Positions 26,046-38,250 of a stretch of DNA of 64,000 bases are shown piece after piece. The stretch lies in assembly GCF_001194135.2 (NCBI RefSeq), contig NC_068988.1, positions 16,884,982 through 16,948,981 on the forward strand, written 5' to 3'. The DNA comes from Octopus bimaculoides. Taxonomy: Eukaryota. Within the stretch, counting starts at the first letter, position 1, and each line of letters starts with the position of its first letter. Position numbers and translations under genes: made by a program. Below the pieces are notes generated by a model, which saw nothing but the letters and a program-made list of their open reading frames with translations, had not been told where the DNA came from and made no database searches.

Positions 26046-27049
26046 TTCTCGCATTGGCCATGACACTACCGTACTGTTATGCCTACACCTTGTAATTTGT
26101 TTTCTTCTATTGTATTATCAGCGTTTTATTGTACTATAAGTTTTGGCATGAAACATGATCTGCTAAACTATTTGTATCCATTTAGCATTAATTCACAGAT
26201 AACTTTTGTGTCTTACACATTTCATGCATCAGTAGATAATGATATGCGCACAAATTATCGACGTTCCAAAAGAATAGACATTATTGATAGGCAAATAATG
26301 TATATATGATACAGAAATTACGCATAACTAGCAACAATCTTTAAAAATGTGTCCGATGTTTTATCGTTATTTTGCAATTGTATACATACAAATATATATA
26401 CACTCGTATATATGTCGCTGCACCGAACAATCGCCTANNNNNNNNNNNNNNNNNNNNNNNNNNNNNNNNNNNNNNNNNNNNNNNNNNNNNNNNNNNNNNN
26501 NNNNNNNNNNNNNNNNNNNNNNNNNNNNNNNNNNNNNNNNNNNNNNNNNNNNNNNNNNNNNNNNNNNNNNNNNNNNNNNNNNNNNNNNNNNNNNNNNNNN
26601 NNNNNNNNNNNNNNNNNNNNNNNNNNNATCTTTAAAAATGTGTCCGATGTTTTATCGTTATTTTGCAATTGTATACATACAAATATATATACACTCGTAT
26701 ATATGTCGCTGCACCGAACAATCGCCTACAGATAAATATTGCTTATAATGATGATTCGTTTTACTCGCTATATTTAATAAGAATGTAAGCATATAACAAA
26801 TATATAGAGCGCATTAAAATAATTAATTTCAATACACTCAAATACCAGAAAATAATTGTTGAATATTATACTAGTTTCATTAACTCCCATAAAAAGTTTA
26901 TGGATGTTTGATTCTACAGCTATATGTTTAGATGAAACTGAACACTGGTTAGTTGTGGACAACATCGTGAAGTAAATAATCTTTCTACACCTATTTTACA
27001 ACCTATCTTAATCTAATAGTTTGTGTGCTGCATCAACGATTGCGATCCA

Positions 27050-27960
27050 TTGTGTTCTAGAGCAGAACATATGATTTCAAGTTGCCCAGCGATCACTTTG
27101 ACGTCTGAGAGCGTGTTGTCTATTGGTTATTATATCACTCTCACACGAAGTAGTGGTTTTCACTGCTGATCCTGGTATACATGTTGTTCTTGAGAAAAAC
27201 ACTTAATATCGCAATGCTCTGTGATTTCGCCGACATTTAATGTATGGCACACTATTCATCTGCAAAAGCAATGTTGATTTGATGGAGGAAATCTGCCAAT
27301 GTACTGCACAAACACCTGATCGCTATAAACAAATAATTTTGCGGCAAATATTGCAGCAGTCTAAAATTCTATTATGCTAAAAGAAATAATGAAACTGTCA
27401 GCAGAGTTACCAACGCATCACGAGGAATTTTGAAATGTCAAGTTGCTGATACGACGGTGCAGTTGTCAATGAAACTGATATTTCTGAAAGGATTTACACT
27501 TTGAAAATGTTTTGCGGTTTGTATATGCATTTAGTATCCTGCCCTAAGTTTTAGCATTGGAAAACTAGGCGAAACAGTAGTATCGAATGCGGCTTGGATC
27601 ACTGCTGATGCTAAGCTTTAAGTCGACTGAAGATAGCCACGTCCAAATTAACATCCAGAATATTCGAAGATTTTGCTATCATCCTACCGATATGATGGGA
27701 ACAGAATGCAGTGCATCGTGATGCATCGGAATCCCAGAGTCACAATCTGTGCTTGAACTTGGAATTAAAAGGAATCTTGTTGCATTGTTTCATGCATTTT
27801 TATTAAAGATAACACGAGGCAGATGGTTTCAGAAATAATTTAGAACGAGTGAAAATGAAAGCAACCAAAGCTGTGAAGCTCTCGTGAATGACATCTGTTA
27901 ATGTCCGTCTACATTGTTGCTCTTCTCCACGATCGCAGTTTGTTTTTAAATGATTTCAAA
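27050..27960 (-). pseudogene. Heavily decayed hAT (Buster/Charlie-like) transposase
   Basis: Ordered motif remnants across frameshifts: IVEKSNNVDGH*QMSFTR (about DESTD..QL..FVR), FSLVLNYF*NH, CITMHCIL (CxxH), SKPHSILLFRL, VMRW, LADFLHQINIA/LQ. Confidence 0.55.
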
Positions 27961-28185
27961 TCTCCATGATGTTTAACACTGCTGGACCGTGTATACTCCC
28001 TATCTGGTGCAGGTGGGCCTCTGAGAGATATTAAAAGATATACATAGTGATATACGTATATATCTGTAAAGTACTTCCATTTTGAGGCAATAAATTACAG
28101 TCAAATTACAATGTGCCACAACTTGCCAGCATCTTATCAAATAAGGCTGTGGCGGCATGAAGATGAATTAAATCATTCAAACTTC

Positions 28186-28187
28186 TT

Positions 28188-28248
<61 letters not shown>

Positions 28249-28303
28249 CACTACTACTACTACTACTACTACTGTTACAAATAATAATAATAATAATAAT
28301 AAT
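28186..28303. repeat. (CTA)n then (ATA)n microsatellite
   Basis: Direct reading. Confidence 0.95.
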
Positions 28304-28307
28304 TTTG

Positions 28308-28683
28308 GTACAAAGCCAGCAAATTCAGGCAAGAAGTTAGTCAATTACATGGCCCTCAGAAGCTCAATTGCTACTTACTTTATCGAGCCGATAATAATCC
28401 TTGATACTATGGGCACAAGGCCGGAAATTTGTGGGAGGGTGCTAATCGATTACATCGATCCCAATATTTCCCTGGTACTTTAATTAACGACACCGAAAGG
28501 ACTAAAAGCAAAGTCGACCTTGGCGGAATTTGAACACAGAACGGAAAGACGGACGAAATTCCGCTAGGCATTTGGTCCGGCGCGCTAACGATTCTGCCAT
28601 CTCATCGCCTTTATCGAACTAACAATAATCCTTTCTACTATAGGCACAAGGCCTGAAATTGGTGGTGGGGGGGGGCAGTCGAT
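28308..28683 (-). mobile_element. Cluster of three Deu/Nin-like SINE pieces (partial, full, partial)
   Basis: Full copy ~28400-28612 (aaagtcgaccttggcggaatttgaac...ctaacgattctgcc) between two tail fragments, next to (CTA)n/(ATA)n. Confidence 0.8.
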
Positions 28684-30249
28684 ATATATATATATATATA
28701 CATACACACCTGTGTACATGTCACTGCACCGAACAATCGTCTATAAATAGATATTACTTATAATGATTAGTTTTATTCGGTATATTTAATAGGTATGTCA
28801 GCATATAATGTCTGTATGTAACAGATATATCGCCTTATGGAACCAATAGTAATAACATACAATTGAGCGCGGTCGATCAAATTTCGCCAATCAACAAAAA
28901 CGAAGGACAACTGTACAGAAAGCGGATTGTAGCGACATTCATAATGGTGTTGCAACAGAGCCACAGCTCATAAACTGATAGTACTACACATGTCAATGAA
29001 AGTGCATACATAGATTACATACTCCGTCTTATATAAGAGAATATATTGGGCAATTTTGTGCCTTTGTTCAATAAATCCTGGCCGAAAATATGTGTAGGCG
29101 TACATCTGAGTGTCTCCGAAATATGATGCAGATATGTTGAAGTTATGTTCGTTACAATATAACACAGACACACACACATACGCGCACACACATATGTATG
29201 TTTCTATGTATGTATGTATGTATGTATGTATGAATGAATGTATGTCTACTTGCGCATCCATTAGCAAAAACGAATCCAATTGTTTGATAATGTGGAAGAA
29301 TCTTAATACATCTATTTTTCCTGACTGAAAATGTCGTTATACAGAAGTCTCTTATTACATAATATAAGAATAAAACCTATTTCTCTCAGCAAATTTCTCT
29401 TTGTGCATGTCTGTGAGTAGACGTATTTAGAGGATAACAAAGCGGGAGAAATAAAATGTGTCATTAATATCAAAGGCTGAAAGGAACAGTTAATGACATG
29501 TTCGACATCATCAAGCTAAATCTTGTTAATCGTGTGCAGTAAAGATACGTAGGAGATAATAAAGCTAGTTAGATAAACCAAATGTACGATTCTCCATTAT
29601 ACCTTCTGTTATCTTTCTCTGTTATCTCATAGCTTTATCTCTCCCACTCACTCTCTCTTATCTCTCTCTCTCTATGTCTCCCCATGTTTTTCCTCTCTCT
29701 CCACTCTCCCTCTCTTCTACCGCTGTAACATTAATGTATTCTGTCTCGTTTAATTGTCTTCCCCCAAGATATTGATGTTCCTCTCGTAGCTTTCGATATT
29801 ATTGTAAGGCGATGATTATGACGTTAGAAATAAGGCAGAATGGGGATCAACATTACAATAAACACTCTCATCTTCAGTATATTAACAGGTTTGGCTTCAT
29901 TTATTGATTTGTTTTTAAATTTTTGATTGAGCTAACCTAGCAATATTGATAATTATACAGAGTATTATACTACTTAAAACGATTCAGAAGAGAATGATAT
30001 TCAAAATAATTAAGGGAAAAGAGAACACGAAATATGTTAGTAAATGTAGTTGTGAGTTTGGAGGTAAGTGTAATAAACAACAATACTGCAATATTAACTG
30101 TGATGCCAGGATCTTTGAAACAGCATGGTGACTTCTGTAATACGAACGATATTGACACAACAGCCGATGGTATTTAGAGACCGATAACGAGCATCCATAG
30201 TTATACCCTTATAGACCATACATACATACATACATATATACACATATAT

Positions 30250-30299
<50 letters not shown>

Positions 30300-30758
30300 G
30301 CATGTATATATATGTATATATATATATGTATATATATATATGTATATATATATATGTATATATATATANNNNNNNNNNNNNNNNNNNNNNNNNNNNNNNN
30401 NNNNNNNNNNNNNNNNNNNNNNNNNNNNNNNNNNNNNNNNNNNNNNNNNNNNNNNNNNNNNNNNNNNNNNNNNNNNNNNNNNNNNNNNNNNNNNNNNNNN
30501 NNNNNNNNNNNNNNNNNNNNNNNNNNNNNNNNNNNNNNNNNNNNNNNNNNNNNNNNNNNNNNNNNNNNNNNNNNNNNNNNNNNNNNNNNNNNNNNNNNNN
30601 NNNNNNNNNNNNNNNNNNNNNNNNNNNNNNNNNNNNNNNNNNNNNNNNNNNNNNNNNNNNNNNNNNNNNNNNNNNNNNNNNNNNNNNNNNNNNNNNNNNN
30701 NNNNNNNNNNNNNNNNNNNNNNNNNNNNNNNNNNNNNNNNNNNNNNNNNNNNNNNNNN

Positions 30759-30797
<39 letters not shown>

Positions 30798-30800
<3 letters not shown>

Positions 30801-31490
30801 TTGTATACTGTTAACTTAATGTGACAGTCCCAATATAAGGGAATCATACTGCTGCAATTTAGCCCTAAGAAGCTGGACCACTTCCTGTCGGCCTTGACAC
30901 ATTTTCTGAGTCCTTATATTTGCGAGGGGGAGACGAGCAAGCCACCCAGCCTAGTCTGCATTCAGGGACATGTTTCTGAGTCATTGCTCGTCATCAGCCT
31001 GAAGTAGCAAAACCAGCTGGCTGAAGATGTCTGTCAGCCTCTCGCAAATATATATATTTCTAGTGAAAACACATTCACTGAGTACAAAAATTAGAAATGA
31101 TCTAATTATAAATCTCACAGAGAGAATTAAGCAGCAGTGTTACGATAATGAAGTTGTATACTGTTAATTCTCTCTGTGAGTTAATTTTGTAATCGAATTC
31201 CTTTCTCCGGGCAGAAATTTCACTCCATCGAACACTAGTTTCCATTTATCAAATACTGTTTTTAGTTGAACATTATTAAAATGAACGCAATGTCCGGAAT
31301 ATTTGTCTGTCAGATTTTATGTCAATCCCATTCTATGTCTTCCGCATAATCTGTCCTGACGAAATCTTAAAACTTTGGTTGATATTCTTCTTTTTAAAAC
31401 TGCCAACAGGTGGTCACGGAAATAATTCTTAATCGCGGTAAGAAAAGCTTTGAGATAAATCTAGTCTGCTTTCATTTTAATTCTTTAAGA
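30798..31490 (-). mobile_element. Penelope-like element 3' part: GIY-YIG remnant plus terminal repeat
   Basis: ELFP*PPVGSFKKKNI (about FPxPPxxAYRRxKNL), GQIMRKT, IA.HFNN; 16-bp direct repeat agttgtatactgttaa at 30799 and 31152 delimits a 353-bp terminal unit containing a hammerhead. Confidence 0.72.
30961..31003 (-). ncRNA. Minimal type I hammerhead ribozyme
   Basis: UUCAGG-CUGAUGA-cGAGcaaugaCUCa-GAAAC-au-GUC-CCUGAA: 6-bp stem I, full catalytic core, GUC site, palindromic ACAUGU mini stem III; C-A mismatch at the base of stem II. Confidence 0.8.
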
Positions 31491-32322
31491 TAGGGTGGGA
31501 GGTTGATTTGTAGAAACAGAAGATTATCTCAAAGAAAGATTTGTTTCATTACATTGCATGAATATATATAATCAAATGACAACAGATTTATTCTAACGAG
31601 GAATATGTAAACAACATCGTCACGAGTATCGTCTGCTCTATTTTACTATCGATTTTGCTAGTTTTTCATTGCTATTACTCGCCCTATATTTCCTGCCTTT
31701 TCTCTTTTTATGCATATATATCAGAAGAGCGAAGCGTAGAAGACACAGAATTACGTATTTCATTATTTCCTGCATATGAGCAATGTTATATATGACTGTG
31801 CGCGCGCGAATATCGTGCAGCAACTTACATTTATTCCAGAAGTGTAGGTGTACATACGTAAAAGTGAGCTAACCTTGAATGTCATTGGATCGAAATAAAC
31901 ATTGAATTTCATAAGAGGTGTTAATAAGAGATTGGAGTTTCTCTATGAGTAATTTGTTTCTTGGTGATAAGCATATTTTAAGCTGATATCAACTATCTTG
32001 CAGGTATATGCAAAATATTGCCGTGTTGACAGTATGTTACAAAACAAGAATATCCGTTTGAATTATATTGTAATATTTTTAGTTACTTGGAAGAACACAC
32101 GCAGTGGTATATTTAGTCATTTTAAATATTAATAGGGTTAACAGTACTTACTTATCTACCTCATTATCTTTATAAATACATATATATGTACACACATACG
32201 GACATATGTAATATTTTTCTGCATATAAATACATACACATACGCACACATACACGCACACGCACATGTATGCACGCACACTTACACACATACACACACAT
32301 ACATTCATCCATAGATTTATAC

Positions 32323-32388
<66 letters not shown>

Positions 32389-33215
32389 ATGCACATCTAT
32401 GTGAGTGTATATATGGGTAGGTATGAATTTATTAATTACATCACAAGTGTTATACTTTCTTTCATTCACAAGGACACAATTTGTTAATAGTATACGTGTA
32501 TAAAATATACAAATAATAAATTTAATGATAAATAATTTCGTATCATTTTTAGGTTAGGTCATTTTTAGTTGATCAGTTATCTATAAACAGCGTTATAAAT
32601 GCTATTTATGATAAACCCAATTTTATCTTGAATAATGACAGTAACAGAATCATCTCTTATTAACCTTATTGATAGAAGATTAAATAACAAAAAAGAGCCG
32701 TGGGCAGGCGAATTGTCAGATAGCTACTCAATAATACGTCCCTAAAAACGCATTCCGAATCAGTAAGATATTTCATCTCATTTTTGTCAGTTCTTTTTAT
32801 TGAATTCGACAGTTCACCACATTAAATATCGATTGAGAGATGTGGAACTCATCGATTTTATTTTTCACAAGAATTATCTGTTCTCTGTTGAAGTTAAATT
32901 TTCAGATCAACTAGCATGTTCCTGTGCATTAAAAGAGAAATTGTTCTAAAGGAGAAGAATTCAACTTAATTTTCTCATTTTTGTGTTGAGATTTTTACGT
33001 TTCTGCCATTTATGTAATTTCGTAATTACACTTTATATGAATTAATGAGCATTGACTAAAATGATTCTTAGGAATCAGTGCAGGAATTGAGAGTCGGGAG
33101 CAACATTGTTTCATGTTTGACGATATGCTCATCTGCACACATATCGACTTTCAGCTCCCTACCAAAGATATCTGTGCCAGTTGTCGAGTTGAATATCGTA
33201 ACATACGGTCTGCAG

Positions 33216-33216
<1 letters not shown>

Positions 33217-33286
<70 letters not shown>
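33217..33286. repeat. (TATC)n microsatellite running into an assembly gap
   Basis: Direct reading. Confidence 0.95.
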
Positions 33287-34224
33287 NNNNNNNNNNNNNN
33301 NNNNNNNNNNNNNNNNNNNNNNNNNNNNNNNNNNNNNNNNNNNNNNNNNNNNNNNNNNNNNNNNNNNNNNNNNNNNNNNNNNNNNNNNNNNNNNNNNNNN
33401 NNNNNNNNNNNNNNNNNNNNNNNNNNNNNNNNNNNNNNNNNNNNNNNNNNNNNNNNNNNNNNNNNNNNNNNNNNNNNNNNNNNNNNNNNNNNNNNNNNNN
33501 NNNNNNNNNNNNNNNNNNNNNNNNNNNNNNNNNNNNNNNNNNNNNNNNNNNNNNNNNNNNNNNNNNNNNNNNNNNNNNNNNNNNNNNNNNNNNNNNNNNN
33601 NNNNNNNNNNNNNNNNNNNNNNNNNNNNNNNNNNNNNNNNNNNNNNNNNNNNNNNNNNNNNNNNNNNNNNNNNNNNNNNNNNNNNATAATTGCATACTTT
33701 ATTCCTACATATGTTTCAAAGGATTGCAACCTGTGTGATCCAAAGGGATCTGTGATGTTAAAATTGTAACCTTCTGTTCAGGGAATGCAAGGGAATCATC
33801 TTAAACGTAAGACATTATGACCAAGTATGAAAACAATAGATGGATAAGGTTATGACGTGATTCATTTGAAAAAGACCGTTAGAGAATTGGACGCTACCGG
33901 ATAGTATGGGAGCGTATTTGTGTAGATGTATTTTTTATTAAAAAAAAAATGTCTATATTTTAGATGTATGTGTGTGTGTAAATATACATGTGTATATGAT
34001 TGTGTATACAAGTATATGTGAGTGTGTATGTCCACATGTGTATGTATATGTATGTATGTATATGTATGTATATGTATATATATGTGTGTGACTGTGTATA
34101 TACATATATATATATATATATATANNNNNNNNNNNNNNNNNNNNNNNNNNNNNNNNNNNNNNNNNNNNNNNNNNNNNNNNNNNNNNNNNNNNNNNNNNNN
34201 NNNNNNNNNNNNNNNNNNNNNNNN

Positions 34225-34268
<44 letters not shown>

Positions 34269-34284
34269 TTTGTGAACGTGTTTG

Positions 34285-34462
34285 TCACCGCTTGATAATT
34301 GATGGGGCTTTTACGTCCCTGTAACTTAGAGGTTCGGGAAGAAATAGACTGATAGAATAAGTACTGGGATTAAATAAATTCTGGGGGGGCGCTTTGTTTG
34401 AGTATAAAACACGTCAAAGTAGTGCTCCAGCATGGCCGTAATCAAATAACTGAAACAAGAAT
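34285..34462 (+). mobile_element. 3' half of CORE-type SINE
   Basis: ttacgtccctgtaacttagaggttcggg...gtagtgctccagcatggccgtaatcaaataactgaaacaagaata after (TG)n. Confidence 0.8.
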
Positions 34463-34749
34463 ACCATGTGTGTGTGTGTGTGTGTATGGTGTGGTGATTG
34501 AGATGTTTATAACGTTCGGCGGCGTGCTGCAGTTAGCTATTGCCATTAAATTGTGATGTAAGATGGTTCCAATAATTATTTACACATTATTTCATCTGTA
34601 GATGATTAAGCTTTACTATATACCATTGTTGACACATAGCCTAACGTCATTACTAATATTATTCCCACAGAAGAAGGGGGCGTCCTGAGTACGTTAATGC
34701 ATTCTCTTACCACCACCGCTCATTTTCTTTAGACATGTACTTTCTACAT

Positions 34750-34933
34750 TGATCTTATAAGGCCTGAAATTTTGGGGTAGGGGCTAGTCGATTACATCGA
34801 ACCAGTACGCAGCGGGTACCTAATTTATCAACCCCGAAAGTGTGAAAAACAAAGTCGACCTCTGTGGAAATTGAACTCAGAACGTAAGGACAACTAAAAT
34901 ACCACTAAGCATTTCTGCCAGCTCGCCGCCTTA
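34750..34933 (-). mobile_element. Deu/Nin-like SINE
   Basis: ctagtcgattacatcga...aaagtcgacctctgtggaaattgaactcagaacgt...ctgccagctcgccgcctta. Confidence 0.8.
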
Positions 34934-35032
34934 TAATGTTTATCATATTATAAACAAACTTATCTTTATCGTTTCGAGTTTTCTCGGCCCCACAAGATTT
35001 CTAATTAGGTCTGTGCAAAAAGTATATTAGCT

Positions 35033-35035
<3 letters not shown>

Positions 35036-35086
<51 letters not shown>
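35036..35086. repeat. (AAT)n microsatellite
   Basis: Direct reading. Confidence 0.95.
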
Positions 35087-35719
35087 GTAAGTAATAGTAG
35101 TAGTGTTATCGCGTTATCGCGTGGAACTGGCAGAATCAATAGACAGATCATCAGAAGAAATGCAGTATGGTATTTCAGCCAGATCGTTACGTTTCGAGAT
35201 AAAATTCACTCGAGTGCAACATTAGAGTTTATTCATTCGTGGGCGATAAAGTAAAGTACCATTCATCACTGAGGAACAACGAAAGAACGCTTTTCATTCG
35301 TCATTCCAGCTCTTTAATTTCTTAGTTCAAATCACGCTAATGTCAGCTACATTGTTCATCCGAGTCCGACAAATTAAAGCATCATTCTAGTGCTGGATTC
35401 AAAGATATAAATAAAACCCTCGTCTGAGAATTATCTGCAATAGTAGTATTGCTGTAGCGTCGCATATGTCTCTCGAAAGTTGAGTCTATTGTATATACCT
35501 CTCTAGCTTCCTTATCTTCTCTGTTAAGAAAATTAATTCTATTTTCCAGAAAAGCCGTTAACCGTTTCGGATGAAGATATATTAGGTCCTAATCTAGATA
35601 AATATCCAACATGGTATGGAGTGTCTAATGCGATTTATTTTTTACCTTAAAAGAAATATTGTTTTATGCTCCAGTAAATGTTGATACTAATCAAATTTAA
35701 TTTATAACAAGTCTTGAAC

Positions 35720-36073
35720 AGGCACAATGGCCCAGTGGTTACGGCAGCGGGCTCGCGGTTTCGATTCCCAGCCCGGGTGTTGTGAGTGTTTATTGAGCGA
35801 AAACACCTAAAGACTCCACGAAGCTCCGGAAGGGGATGGTAGCGAACCCTGCTGTACTCTTTCACCACATCTTTCTCTCACTTTTACTTCCTGCTTCTGT
35901 TGTGCCTGTAATTCAAAGGGTCAGCTGTGTCACGCTGAATATCCCCGAGAACTACGTTAAGGGTACGCATGCGGAGTGCTCAGCCACTTGCATGTTAATT
36001 TCACGAGCATGCTGTTCCGTTGGTCGGATCAAGTGGAACCCTCGACGTCGTAAGCGACGGAGTGCCAACAATA
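35720..36073 (+). mobile_element. tRNA-headed SINE, family B (full length)
   Basis: Collinear with the reverse complement of 17010-17389 (cacgctgaatatccccgagaactacgttaagg; gagtgctcagccacttgca). Confidence 0.88.
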
Positions 36074-37989
36074 ACAGGTCTTAATTTACATAGTATTTTA
36101 TTTGGTACCGATCCTGAATGCACCAGTAAATTGTTCCTTATGTACTCAACCGTATCTGTAGTGTTTAAGCGTATTTCATTTCACTTCTTATCGCACAATT
36201 TTTGTTGTACATTATCCCAATATTTTCTCTGAATGTCACTGGGATATAGTTTGTTTGTGTAATCTCTTAAATGAGGTGCTCATTTATTATTACTTTCATG
36301 CTAGAAGATTTTGTATTTGTTTCAACTAAATGAATATGAAAGATGAAACGCTCACGTTTTCGTGACTTTACTACGCTAGTCAATTTCCTTTTTGCATTCA
36401 AATTGTCTATCTATTGATGATGCTCTATTTCCCTAAAAAGTTACTTTATTTGTTTTCTATTGTATAATAGACACACAACCTTATCCTTTAGCTGAGTAGA
36501 TATAGGATTTCTTTTAACTTTTTCGGCGATTTTATATTGTATACTCGTTTTGCAAAATATTTAGAGAACATTACTAAAGGGAGAATTATTACAATACAAT
36601 TCAAAGCAGATACACATGATTATGTTATTTATTCTACTGATATTAAAGTGTACTTCTCTGGAAACAATATAGAGGTGTGCACGCTTGCATTTGGCTGTTA
36701 TTACCTAATTCGCTGTTGCGTTGAAAGTGTTTCACCTCATGCAAATTGATTTTGTTATAATCATTTCTTCTTCCAACTTTAATGTTTCGATTAATTGTTA
36801 CTCGTTGCTAACCGCATATTTTTTTGTAAAGTTTATTAAATTGTTTACGCTTACTGAGGCTATTTCCGTTTTAATGTAGAAGTTTTGATTTTCTATTTCC
36901 ATAGAATCCTATTTGGTTTTCGCCCACGATATTAATTGTAGTCTTTTGTAAAAGCGTGTTTCTTTTATCTTCAGCTGGGCGATTTTTGCTTGCAAAATAC
37001 ATTCTTATCAACAATGAATATTTTTCCTCGGCATATTTTATTTCGAAATTTTTATATGAATGTTTTTCTTGTGCTGTGATTTAGTTCATTCTACTTTCAT
37101 CGTTTGCAGTGATTCATTTTATTTATGCGGAGTTAACTTTGTCTGTTATTTCTATTCATACATACTAATCTTTACTCCTCCATACCACCTACGCTTGAGA
37201 ATGTTGGATTGGTAGTATTTGTGGAAAACATCGTAGGCCAATTATTCTCTAGGGTTTCATATTATTTTAATTGATAATAGCAGTTTCGAAAGGAAAATTT
37301 GCGTAATCATGTAGGTTTTATAATACGTGGAGATAAAACAAATTGCAGTATTCAGTTCTGTTCGTTTCGATTCGGTTCTGATTTCAAATTCCCATGAGCC
37401 TGACAAAATGCAGAGACATTTCAGAGTCGATAATGTAAGTAAAGCTCAACTATATTTAGCTGTCTGGTCCCATCGCAGAATCTGTATCTTACATACCTTA
37501 GAAAACAGTATGATTTTAATGATTAATATAGCTAGAGTAAGCCAAGGTTTTCCAAAAATACTTACAGCATAAGATTAATGTCGTCTTCATGCAACCTGTC
37601 TTCTGGTTAAAAAAAAATTACATTTGAAACCAACATAACTGGTATCAATATCGATATGCGATTGGATAATTTCTCTACATATTCATATTTAAAAGCGTTC
37701 TTAGTTTTTTTTTCTTTTTTTTTTTCTTTTGTAATATAACTAAAATATTTCATGGGACGTGAAACGGTTGGTATCTAAATATACTTGGAAACTATCGGTA
37801 AGAAAGCAATTTCCTGAATTAAATGATATTGAATAAAAAATAATGATGACCTATATAACAATATTGCTTCATAAAAGCACCCAGTATACGCTTTGTACTT
37901 TCAGTTGCTCATGGCTAAAGTTTGGGCAAATGTCAGAACCTGGTCTAAGAGTGGAGTATTTCAGGCAATATGAAAGCTAGACAATATAA

Positions 37990-38250
37990 GTTTGTGTGTG
38001 CACGCGCGCGTGTTTCTATACATATGCACACACACACACACAGATATATACATATGCACACACACATATACATATGCACACATACATATATACATATGCA
38101 CACACACACACACACATATGCAAACACATGCGCATATGCACACATAAACATACATATGCACATATACACACGTATATACATATGCACAAACACACACACA
38201 CATACATACGTATGCACACACACATATACGCGCATACATATAATATATAT
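37990..38250. repeat. Cryptic CA/TA simple repeat
   Basis: acacacatatacatatgc-type units; source of several spurious ORFs. Confidence 0.9.

Noticed and set aside
27400-27870. Plus-strand hAT-like motifs (YDGA, CIVMH, RW..RNNLERV)
   Set aside because: Spacing is inconsistent; the minus-strand reading gives a longer, correctly ordered motif series.
31601-31779. ORF resembling a TM helix plus RRAKRRRHR stop-transfer
   Set aside because: Explained by a pyrimidine tract followed by a purine tract; alternative frames and a minus-strand candidate (31830-31943) are equally plausible.
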